Positions 48,045 through 59,619 of a stretch of 64,000 bases of DNA are shown here, one piece after another. The notes under the pieces are model-generated. The model saw nothing but the letters and a program-made list of their open reading frames with translations, was not told the DNA's origin and searched no databases. A program made the position numbers and the translations under genes. The stretch covers positions 5,518,001-5,582,000 of the forward strand of contig NC_086098.1 of assembly GCF_963921235.1 (NCBI RefSeq). Reading direction: 5' to 3'. Source of the stretch: Mobula hypostoma. Taxonomy: Eukaryota. How positions within the stretch are numbered: the first letter of the stretch is position 1; each line of letters starts with the position of its first letter.

Positions 48045-48822
48045 AATAGATTAGACTTTATTCCCAGGAGCACAGAAGATTGAGAGAAGAATTGATAGAG
48101 CTATACAAAATTATGAGGGCTATAGATAGAATAAATACAAGCAAACTTTTTCCACAGAGTTGGAATGAGACTAAATCTGGAGGACATAGGCTAACTGTGA
48201 AAGGTGAAATGTTTAAGGGGAAGTGGGGGAGGAAATGTTGAATACCGGGTGAATCGCTAAGTTTTTGGGGTAACTGCAAGTCTGAGTCTTTGCTGTTGCT
48301 TTGCTCACACTTCAGTGCTGGGTGGTGGGTGCCAATGCTTTTTTTGCAGGTGGGGAGAGGTGGGATTGTTGCTTGCTGCCGCTCACGTGCGGGATGGGGG
48401 AGCTGGTGGGGGACTTTGGGGTTCTAACATTTAACTGTCATTCATTCTTTGGGGCACTCCTCTGTTTTTGTGGATGGTTGCGAAGAAAAAGCATTTCAGG
48501 ACGTATATTGTATACATTTCTCTGACATTAAACGTACCTTTGAAACTTTGAAATCTGTGGAATTCTCTGCCACAGGAAACAGTTGAGGCCAGTTCATTGG
48601 CGATATTTAAGAGGGAGTTAGATATGGCCCTTGTGGCTAAAGGGATCGGGGTATGGAGGGAAGGCTGGGGCGGGGTTCTGAGTTGGATGATCAGCCATGA
48701 TCATAATAAATGGCGGTGCAGGCTCGAAGGGCCGAAAGGCCTACTCCTGCTCCTATTTTCTATGTTTCTATGTTTACTCAGAGGGTGGTGGGAATGTGGA
48801 ACGAGCTGGCAGCAGAAGTGAT
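48045..48822 (+). mobile_element. Old CR1 3' fragment hosting element X (48236-48552) and a young CR1 3' end (48552-48774)
   Basis: Host resumes at ACTCAGAGGGTGG 48776; both nested tails visible. Confidence 0.8.
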
Positions 48823-48832
48823 GAACAGTTCA

Positions 48833-49550
48833 ATAAGACCATAAGATATAGGAGCAGAATTAGTCCATTTGACCCATCAAGTCTGCTCTGCCGTTTCATC
48901 ATGGCTGATCCTAATTTTCCTCTCAGCCCCAATCTCCTGCCTTCTCCCCGTATCCCTTCATGCCCTGACCAGTCAAGAGCCTATCAACCTCTGCCTTAAA
49001 TATACATAAAGACTTGGCATCTATAGTTGCCTGTGGCAAAGAATTCCACAGTCTGGCTAAAGAAATTCCCCCTCATTTCCATTCTAAAAGGACATCCCTC
49101 TATTCTGAGGCTGTGTCCTCTGGCTTAGAATCTCCCATCATGGGAAACATCCTCTCCACATCCACTCTAAGAATGCCTTTCACCATTCGATAGGTTTCTA
49201 TATACTCTTCTAAATTCCAGTGAATACAGACACAGAGCCATCAAATACTCGTCATATGACAAGCCATTCAATCCTAGAATCATTTTTTGTAAACCTCCTT
49301 TGAACCCTCTCCAGTTTCAGCACATCCTTTCTAAGATAAGGGGCTCAAAGCTGCTGACAGTACTCCAAGTGAGACCTCATGAGTGCTTTATGAAGTCTCA
49401 ACATTACATACTTTCTTTTATATTCTCGTCCTATTGAAATGAATGCTAACATTGCATTTGACTTCCTCACCACAGACTCAATCTGCAAATTAACCTTTAG
49501 GGAATCCTGCACAAAGACTCTTTCAGTCCCTTTGCACCTTAGATTTTTGT
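48833..49550 (-). mobile_element. CR1 3' fragment
   Basis: HLEYCQQL; AAGACCATAAGA tail. Confidence 0.85.
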
Positions 49551-49554
49551 AGGT

Positions 49555-49675
49555 CAGAATGGGGAATTGAAGTAGGAAGGGGCGGAGGATAAAGTTACCA
49601 GAAATTGTAAAAATCACTGTTAATGCCGTCAGATTGGAGGCTACCTAAATGAGATATGAGGTGTTGCTCCTCTCT
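49555..49675 (-). mobile_element. PLE ORF C-terminal fragment
   Basis: Minus strand encodes EEQHLISHLGSLQSDGIN. Confidence 0.7.
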
Positions 49676-49954
49676 TCTCTTTAAATAAGAAACATATTTT
49701 AAGTGGAATAAATTATACATTAGAAGCTAAACATTTTACTTAATGAAGATCATTTGATAAAAGGAAGACATTTCCGAGAGCCACAGATACCTTTGGATGT
49801 ATTTATTGCAATATCTGTATTAGTTGCATCTGTAAAGTACTCCGCTACGTGAGCAGTTTGCAAAGCAACTGTAATGATTATTGGGAAAATCATAATATAG
49901 TTAATATAGCATAGGAACTAGAGAAAAATATACACACAGTAGCGTCTTTTTTAA

Positions 49955-50190
49955 ATACAGGGTGGAACCCTATGTGATCTTCTGATGCTGTGACCCATCC
50001 ACATCAATGTCTGACAAGTTGTGCTTTCAGAGATGCTCTTCTTTACACCACTGTTGTAACACATGGTTATTTGAGTTACTATCATCTTGAACCAGTGTGG
50101 CCATTCTCCTCTGACCTCTCTCAGTAACAAGGAGTTTTCACTGGATTTTTTTTTGGTTTGGCACCATTTTTTTTCAAAACTCTGGAGTTT
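49955..50190. mobile_element. Probable internal part of a Tc1-like non-autonomous element
   Basis: Recognised by resemblance only; no TIR in this piece. Confidence 0.4.
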
Positions 50191-50209
50191 GTTCCAGAGA
50201 TCATTGATT

Positions 50210-51170
50210 CTATTAAGACTATACAGTATAGGAGCAGAATTAGGCCATTTGACACATCGAGTCTGCTCGCCAGTTCATCATGGCTGATCCATTTTCCCTC
50301 TCAGCCCCAGTCTCCTGCTTTCTTTCTCTATCCCTTCATGCCCTGACCAATCAGGAATCTATCAACCTCTGTCTTAGTACACATAAAGACCTGGCCTCCA
50401 CAGCTGTCTGCAGCAATGAATTCCACAGGTTCACCACTCTCTGGCTAAAGAAATTCCTCCTCATCTCCATTCTAAAAGGACCCCCCCCCCCATTCTGAGG
50501 CTGTGTCTTCTGGTCCTAGACTCCCCCACCATAGGAAACATCTTCTACACATCCACTCTATCTAGGCATTTCACCATTTGATAGGTTTCAAATAGGTCAT
50601 CCTTTATTCTTCTAAATTCCAGTGAATACAGGCCCAGAGCCATCAAATGCTCTTCGTATGACAAGTCGTTTAATCCTAGAATCATTTTCATGAACCTGCT
50701 TTGAACCCTCTCCAGTTTCAGCACATCCTTTTTAAGATATACCCAAAACTGCTCACAATACTCCCAGGGAGGCCTCACCAGTGCTTTATAAAGCATCAAT
50801 GTTCCATCCTTGCTTTTACATTTTAGTTCTCTTGAAATGAATACTAATGTTACATTTGCCTTCCTCACCAGAGTCAACCTGTATACTAACCTTTAAGGAA
50901 TCCTGCACAAGGACTCCCAAGTCCCTTTGCACCTCAATTTTTTGTATTTTCTCTCCATGTAAGAAAATAGTCAGCCCTTTCATTTCTTCTACCAAAGTGC
51001 ATGACCGTACACTTCCTGACACTGTATTCCATCTGCCACTTCTTTGGCCATCCTCCTAATCTGTCTAAGACCTTATGGAGCCTTTCTACTTCCTCAGAAC
51101 TACTTGTCCCTCCATCTATCTTCATATCATCTGCGAACTTTGCAACAAAGCCTTCAATTCCATCAAACAA
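50210..51170 (-). mobile_element. CR1 3' fragment
   Basis: GFVAKFADD, YKALVRP, RIKDDLFETYQM. Confidence 0.88.
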
Positions 51171-52941
51171 ATTAGAATTTAGAATTATAATTTATTGAAA
51201 TCTTACATCCATCCCACAAAGTGAGGGAGTACACGTAGCCAGTTGGTCCTGGCTTTAATTTGGCGGTACTGTTTGCCAGATGGAAGCAGCTGGAACAGTT
51301 TACGGTTGGGGTGACTGGTGTCCCTGCTGATCTTCCAGGCTTTCTTTCTGCACCTGCTGCTGTAAATGTCCTCAATGGAGGGAAGATTACATTCACAAAT
51401 GCACTGAGCTGTCCATACCACTCTCTGCAGTGCCCAGCGATCAAGGTTTGGTGCAGTTCCCATACCAGGTGGTGATACAGACAGTCAGTATGCTCTCAGT
51501 GGTGCCCTTGTAGAAGGTCTTGAGGATTTGGGGTTCATGCTGAACTCTTCAGTCGCCTGGGGTGGAAGAGATGCTGTTGTGCTTTTTTTTCACCACAAAG
51601 CCAGTGTGTACAATCCAGGTGAGATCATCAGTGATGTGTGCACTGAGGAACCTGAAACTTCTCACTCTCTCAACTACAGACCCATTGATATTGATCGGCC
51701 GAGCCTGTCTCCATTCCTCCTGTAAACCACAATCAGCTCTTTTGTTTTTTGGACCTTAAGGGAGAAGTTGTTATCTTGGCACCACTGTGTTGGGGTATCA
51801 ACCTCTCCTCTACAAGCTATCTCATTATCACTGGAAATAAGGCCAATCGAAGTTGTGTAATCTGTGAATTTGATCAGCAGATTGGAGCTGTGTGTGGCAG
51901 TACAGTCGTGGGTGTAAAGGAAGTAGAGAAGGGGACTCAGGACACAGCCCTGGGGGGCACCTGTGTTGAGGGTCAGGGGGGCAGAGGTGAGGGAGACCAT
52001 CCTTACCATCTGTTGACTATCTGATAGGAAGTCTAGAATCCAATTGCACAGCTGGGGTGCAGGTCAAGGTCCCTAAGCTTCCTATCAAGTCTGGAGGGAA
52101 TTATGTTTTTTTTGGGTGGAGCTTAAGAGGATGATAGCGCCTGATGGCGACTCCTTTACTTGCATCTTTGGAAACAGCTCTATTTCTATCTTTCATATCT
52201 CTGTTTTCCCTTTTAGAGGTTCTGTTGAAGTTACTTGCTGACTTTGGTTCTTTGCAGAAATGGGACCCACTCTCAGGGTCTCACGACCGGCCGCTTTTCG
52301 ATATGCCAAGGATGCGGCCTGGAAGACTAACGCGCCTTCTGGTTGCAGGATTTTCGTGGCTCTGGAGGCGGGCGGACTCAGGCCGGTGTCACCACCTGAT
52401 GCGTCGTGGGAGACAGGAGATCGTAAGCAGCGAGCTGGCTGCTGGCTGTGTGCCCAGAGACCCGAGTTTTTTGGGCACAGAGCTCGGAAGAAGCGACACA
52501 ACAGACTTTTAACACCATAAACCAGTGAGTTGTTTGTTATGTTTGCCCTCCTGCTGTGAAACGGAGACACCTCTTTTTCCCTGATCAAGGACAGAGAGAG
52601 AGCCTGTGGTATATTGAATAAGTAGTGAACAAGTAGTCTTTGGGGTACTGCAAATCTGTATCTTTATTCATGTTTTGCTGCATGCTTGCATGCTTGGTGA
52701 GGACAATAGCGCCTGATGGCGACTGATGGGTAGGAATAGGATGCTCTGGAGGATGAACAAGTGGCTGAGGAACTGGTGTAGGGGGCAGGGTTTCAGATTT
52801 CAGGATCATTGGGACCTCTTCTGGGGCAGGTGGGACCTGTACAAGAGAGACAGGTTACACTTGAACTACAGGGGGACCAATATCCTTTCAGGGAGGTTTG
52901 TTAGTGCTATTGGGGAGGCTTTAAACTAGATTTGCAGGGGG

Positions 52942-55900
52942 ATGGGAACCAGAGTGCCAGAGCTGAGTGTGGCTGGGGTGAAAATAAATGATGTTGAAAG
53001 TTTAAGCAAATCCGCTGATAGAAAGGTTGTGAGTTGTGGTAAAAATCTTCTGAGGTGTATATATTTCAATGCTAGGAGTATTGCGGGGAAGGCGGATGAG
53101 TTGAGGGCGTGGATTGACACGTGGAATTATGATGTTGTAGCAATTAGTGAAACTTGGCTACAGGAGGGGCAGGATTGGCAGCTTAATATTCCGGGGTTCC
53201 GATGTTTCAGATGTGATCGAGGTAGAGGAATGAAACGTGGGGGAGTAGCATTGCTTGTTAGCGAAAATATTACAGCAGTGCTCAGGCAGGACAGATTAGA
53301 GGGCTTGTCTACTGAGTCTTTATGGGTAGAGCTGAGAAACAGGAAAGGTATGGCCACATTAGTGGGATTGTATTACAGACCACCCAATAGTCAACGAGAC
53401 TTGGAAGAGCAAATCTGCAGAGAAATAGCAGGCAACTGCAGGAAACATAAAGTTGTGGTGGTAGGGGATTTTAATTTTCCATACATTGATTGGGACTCCC
53501 ATACTGTTAGGGGTCTAGATGGTTTAGAGTTTGTAAAATGTGTTCAGGAAAGTTTTCCAGATCAATATATAGAGGGACCAACTAGAGGGGGTGCAATATT
53601 GGATCTCCTGTTAGGTAATGAATTAGGGCAAGTGACGGAAGTCTGTGTAGGGGAGCACTTTGGTTCCAGTGATCATAACACCATTAGTTTCAATTTGATT
53701 ATGGACAAGGATAGATCTGGTCCTAGGGTTGAGGTTCTGAACTGGAAGAAGGCCAAATTTGAAGAAATGAGAAAGGATCTAAAAAGCGTGGATTGGGACA
53801 GGTTGTTCTCTGGCAAAGATGTGATTGGTAGGTGGGAAGCCTTCAAAGGGGAAATTTTGAGAGTGCAGAGTTTGTATGTTCCTGTCAGGATTAAAGGCAA
53901 ATTGAATAGGAATAAGGAACCTTGGTTCTCAAGGGATATTGCAACTCTGATAAAGAAGAAGAGGGAGTTGTATGAAATGTATAGGAAACAGGGGGTAAAT
54001 CAGGTGCTTGAGGAGTATAAGAAGTGCAAGAAAATATTTAAGAAAGAAATCAGGAGGACTAAAAGAAGACATGAGGCTGCCTTGGCAGTCAAAGTGAAGG
54101 ATAATCCAAAGAGCTTTTACAAGTATATTAAGAGCAAAAGGATTGTAAGGGATAAAATTGGTCCTCTTGAAGATCAGAGTGGTCGGCTTTGTGTGGAACC
54201 AAAGGAGATGGGGGAGATCTTAAATGGGTTTTTTGCGTCTGTATTTACTAAGGAAGCTGGCATGAAATCTATGGAATTGAGGGAATCAAGTAGTGAGACC
54301 ATGGAAACTGTACAGATTGAAAAGGAGGAGGTGCTTGCTGTCTTGAGGAAAATTAAAGTGGATAAATCCCCGGGACCTGACAGAGTGTTCCCTCGGACCT
54401 TGAAGGAGACTAGTGTTGAAATTGCGGGGGCCCTGGCAGAAATATTTAAAATGTCGCTGTCTACGGGTGAAGTGCCGGAGGATTGGAGAGTGGCTCATGT
54501 TGTTCCGTTGTTTAAAAAAGGATCGAAAAGTAATCCGGGAAATTATAGGCCGGTGAGTTTAACGTCAGTAGTAGGTAAGTTATTGGAGGGAGTACTAAGA
54601 GACAGAATCTACAAGCATTTGAATAGACAGGGGTTTATTAGGGAGAGTCAACATGGCTTTGTGCGTGGTAGGTCATGTTTGACCAATCTGTTGGAGTTTT
54701 TCAAGGAGGTTACCAGGAAAGTGGATGAAGGGAAGGCAGTGGATATTGTCTACATGGACTTCAGTAAGGCCTTTGACAAGGTCCCGCATGGGAGGTTAGT
54801 TAGGAAAATTCAGTCGCTAGGTATACATGGAGAGGTGGTAAATTGGATTAGACATTGGCTCGATGGAAGAAGCCAGAGAGTGGTGGTAGAGAATTGCTTC
54901 TCTGAGTGGAGGCCTGTGACTAGTGGTGTGCCACAGGGATCAGTGCTGGGTCCATTGTTATTTGTCATCTATGATAATGTGGTAAATTGGATCAGCAAGT
55001 TTGCTGATGATACAAAGATTGGAGGTGTAGTAGACAGTGAGGAAGGTTTTCAGAGCCTGCAGAGGGACTTGGACCAGCTGGAAAAATGGGCTGAAAAATG
55101 GCAAATGGGGTTTAATACTGACAAGTGTGAGGTATTGCACGTTGGAAGGACAAACCAACGTAGAACATTTAAACGCAAACAACAGGAATTCTGCAGATAC
55201 TGGAAATTCAAGCAACACACATCAAAGTTGCTGGTGAATGCAGCAGGCCAGGCAGCATCTCTAGGAAGAGGTAAAGTCGACGTTTCAGGCCGAGACCCTT
55301 CGCGTAGAACATACAGGGTTAATGGTAAGGCACTGAGGAGTGCAGTGGAACAGAGAGATCTGGGAATACAGATACAGAATTCCCTAAAAATAGCATCACA
55401 GGTAGATAGGGTTGTAAAGAGAGCTTTTGGTACATTGGCCTTTATTAATCAAAGTATTGAGTATAAGAGCTGGAATGTTATGATGAGGTGTATAAGGCAT
55501 TGGTGAGGCCGAATCTGGAGTATTGTGTTCAGTTTTGGTCACCAAATTACAGGAAGGATATAAATAAGGTTGAAAGAGTGCAGAGAGGGTTTACAAGGAT
55601 GTTGCCGGGTCTTGAGAAACTCAGTTACAGAGAAAGGTTGAATAGGTTTGGACTTTATTCCCTGGAGCGTTGAAGAATGAGGGGAGATTTGATAGAGGTA
55701 TATAAAATTATGATGGGTATAGATAGAGTGAATGCAAGCAGGCTTTTTCCACTGAGGCAAGGGGAGAAAAAAACCAGAGGACATGGGTTAAGGGTGAGGG
55801 GGGCAAAGTTTAAAGGGAACATTAAGGGGGGCTTCTTCACACAGAGAGTGGTGGGAGTATGGAATGAGCTGCCAGACGAGGTGGTAAATGCGGGTTCTTT

Positions 55901-55985
55901 TGTAACATTTAAGAATAAATTGGACAGATACATGGATGGGAGGTGTATGGAGGGATATGGTCCGTGTGCGGGTCAGTGGGATTAG
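52942..55985 (+). pseudogene. CR1 ORF2 (APE + RT): open for 854 aa, 15-nt deletion upstream of FADD, 48-codon PLE insert, frameshift near 55488, stop at 55671
   Basis: YFNARSI, SETWL, YYRPP, GDFN, SDHN, GVPQGSVLGP, KFADD. Confidence 0.92.
55169..55302 (-). mobile_element. 134-bp PLE pLTR 3' fragment
   Basis: 10-bp TSD CGTAGAACAT at 55159-55168 and 55303-55312; starts inside the hammerhead core. Confidence 0.92.
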
Positions 55986-56914
55986 GCAGAAAATGGTTCG
56001 GCACAGCCAAGAAGGGCCAAAGGGCCTGTTTCTGTGCTGTAGTTTCTATGGTTCTATGGTTCTATGGTGGGGGTTCCAATGCTTTTCTGCTGGTGGGGGA
56101 AGGGGGTCGTTGCTTTGCTGCTGCTTGTGCATTGGAGGGGGGCCGTGGGGGGGCTGTGGGGTTCTAACATTTAACTGTCATTCATTCTTTGGGGCACTCC
56201 TCTGTTTCCATGGATGTTTGCAAAGAAAAATTTCAGGATGTATATTGTATACATTTCTCTGAAATTAAATGTACCTTTGAAACCTATTGAATGCTGAACT
56301 GTAGTCCAGGAACAGCACTCTAACATATGCATCCCTCCTCTCCAGGTGAGTGAGGACGGTGTGTAGTGTTGAGGCTATGGCATCATTGGTAGACCGGTTC
56401 CGTCGGTAGGTGAATTGTAGGGAGTCCAGTGTGGGTGGTAGCATGCTGCAGATGTAGTCTTTAACCAGTCTCTCAAAGCATTTGCTTATAACTGATGTGA
56501 GTGTGACAGGGATGTCAATTGTTCAGGCATGCTACCTTGGTTTTCTTAGGTACAGGGACAATGATGGATGATTTGAAACAGGAGGGCACTACACACTGGG
56601 AGAGTGAGAGGTTAAAAATGTTTGTAAACACACCAGCCAGCTGTTCCACACATAGTTTGAGGACGCGCCCTGGGATGCCGTCTTGCAGCTGTTGACATGT
56701 TGGAATGTTCTACGTACCTCAGCCTCAGAGATGACCAAGGTGCAGGTCTTGTCGGAAGCTCTCCTCGGGGAATCAGGCCTATCAACCTTGAATCGAGTGT
56801 AAAAAAAACATTTAGCTTGTCCGGGAGCAAGGCGGCAGTGATGGCTGTACTGTTGTGTTTCCTCTTAAAGTCCACAATAGTATGCAGTCCTTCCCTTACA
56901 CTGCATGTGTCATT

Positions 56915-59480
56915 GTAGAAACAGAAAACCTGCAGCACAATACAGGCCCTTCGGCCCACAATGCTGTTCTGCTTACTTTAGAAATTACCTATGGTTACCA
57001 TAGCCCTCTATTTTTCTAAGCTCCATGTACCTATCAAAGATTCTCTTAAAAGACCCTGTCGTATCCACCTCCCCCATCATCATGGGCAGCCCACTCCACG
57101 CACTCACCACTCTCTACGTAGAAAACTTACCCCTGACATCTCCTCTGTACCTACCTTGAAAATGTGTCCTCTCATGTTAGCCATTTCAGCTCTGGGAAAA
57201 AGCCTCTGACATTTACATGATCAATGCCTCTCATTATTTTACACACCTCTATCAGGTCACCTCTCATCCTCCGTTGCTCCAAGGAAAAAAGGCCGAGTTC
57301 ACTCAACCTATTCTCATAAGGCATGCTCCCCAATGCAGGCAACATCCTTGTAAATCTCCTCTCCACCCTTTCTATAGCTCCCTGTAGTGAGCTGACCAGA
57401 ACAGAGCACAGTACTCCAAGTGGGGTCTGATTAGGGTCTAGATTACCTCTCGGCTCTTCAACTCAATCCCACAGTTGATAAAGGCCAATACACCGTATGC
57501 CGTATTAACCACAGAGTCAACCTGCACAGCAGCTTTGAGTGTCCTATGGACTCGGACCTCAAGATCCCTCTGATCCTCAAACTGCAAAGAATATTACCAT
57601 TAAAACTATATTCTGCCAACACATTTTACCTACCAAAATGAACCACCTCACACTTACCTGGGTTGAACTCCATCTGCCACTTCTCAACCCAGTTTTCCAT
57701 CCTATCAATGTCCCGTGGTAACCTCTGACAGCCCTTCATACTATCCATAACACTCCCAACCTTTGTGTCATCAGCAAATTTACTAACCCATCCCTCCATT
57801 TCCTGCCTTTGACAAAGCTATGCTACGATTCCTAATCATATTATACCTCTCCAAATGTTCATAAATCCTGCCTCTCAGGATCTTCTCCATCAGCTTACCA
57901 ACTGCTGAGGTAGGACTCGCTGGTCCATAGTTTCCTGGGCTATCTCTACTCTCTTTCTTGAATAAGGGGAACAACATCTGCAACCCTACAATCCTCCAGA
58001 ATCTCTCCCATCCCACTGATGATGCAAAGTTCATTGCCAGAGGCTTAGTGATCCCCTCCCTCACTTCCCACAGTAGCCTTGGATATATCTCGTCTGGTCC
58101 CGGTGACTTAACCATCTTGATGCTTTCTAAAAGCTCCAGCACATCTTCTTTCTTAATGTCAAGCTTTTCAGTCTGCTACAAGTCATCCCTACAATTGGCA
58201 AGATCCTTTTCCATAGCGAATACTGAAGCAAAGTATTCATTAAGTACTCTGCTAACTCCTCTGGTTCCATACACACTTATCCACTGTCACACTTTTTTGC
58301 TCCTATCCTTTCATGCCTTATCCTCTTGCTCTTCACACATACTTGTAGAATGCCTTAGGGTTTTCCTTAATCCTGCTCACCAAGGCCTTCTCATGGCCCC
58401 TCCTGGCTCTCCTAATTTTGTTCTTAAGCTCCTTCCTGCTAGCCGTATAATTTTATAGATCTCTATCATTACCTAGTTTTTTGAATCTTTCGTAAGTTTT
58501 TCTTTTCTTCTTGACTAGATTTACAACAGCCTTTGTACACCATGTTTCCTGTACCCTACCATGCTTTCCCTGTCTCATTGGAACATACCTATACAGAATG
58601 CCATGCAAATATCCCCTGAACATCTGCCACATTTCTGCCCTACATTTCCCTGAGAACATCTGCTCGCAATTTATACTTCCAAGTTCCAGACTGATAGCCT
58701 CATATTTCCCCTTACTCCAATTAAACATTTTCCTAACTTGTCTGTTCCTATTCCTCTCCAATGCTATGGTAAAGGAGATAGAATTGTGATCACTATCTCC
58801 AAAATGCTCTCCCACTGAGAGACCTGACACCTGACCGGGTTCACTTCCCAATACCAGATCAAGTACAGCCTCTCCTCTTGTAGGCTTATCTACATATTGT
58901 GTCAGGAAACCTTCCTGAATACACCTAACAAACTCCACCCCATCTGACCCCCTTGCTCTAGGGAGATGCCAATCAATCTTTGAGATATTAAAATCTCCCT
59001 TCACGACAACCCTGTTATTATTGCACCTTTCCAGAATCTGCCTCCTTACCTGCTCCTGAGTGTCCCTGTTACTATTGAGGGGTCTATGAAAAACACCCAG
59101 TAGCGTTATTGACCCCTTCCTGTTTCTAACTTCCGCCCGCAGAGACTCAGTAGACAATCCCTCCATGACTTCCTCTTTTTCTGCAGCAGTGACACTATCT
59201 CCAATCAGTAGTGCCACGCCCCCACCTCTTTTGCCCACCTCCCTGTTCTTTCTGAAACATATAAAGCCTGGCACTCAAAGTAACCATTTCTGCCCCTGTC
59301 TTTGTAATCGCTACAACATCATAGCTCCAAGTACTGATCCATACTCTAAGCTCATCTGCTTTGTTCATGATACTCCTTGCATTAAAATAGACACATCTCA
59401 AACCATCAGTCTGAGCGCATCCCTTCTCTATTACCTGCCTATCTTCCCTCTCACACTTCCTACAAACTTTCTCTATTTGT
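56915..59480 (-). mobile_element. CR1 ORF2 with internal deletions
   Basis: ORFs 58453-59274, 57783-58142 and 57172-57366. Confidence 0.9.
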
Positions 59481-59619
59481 GATATTGTCACAGATTTGTG
59501 ACTGGATTTTGTCTCTGTGTTACTATTTTACCACCTTGATGGCTCTATGTAAATCATAGTGGCATTTCTTGAGTTCCTGTTCGTTTCCAGAGGCAAAGGC
59601 TTTATCCTCGCATCATCTT

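Larger units (their letters stand above)
52725..56066 (+). mobile_element. Young CR1 (end of ORF1, complete ORF2 region, (TTCTATGG)n tail)
   Basis: TGGTG flanks at 52695-52699 and 56065-56069. Confidence 0.95.
52113..56292 (+). mobile_element. Element X, longest copy (52113-52699 + 56070-56292), split by a CR1
   Basis: Both halves align with 5094-5685. Confidence 0.82.
51172..56915 (-). mobile_element. Rex1/Babar-type LINE host; own segments 51172-52108 and 56288-56915
   Basis: TGAPQGCVLSPLLY; resumes with [10 protein letters not shown] and MKCFERLV-like sequence after the nested block. Confidence 0.85.
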
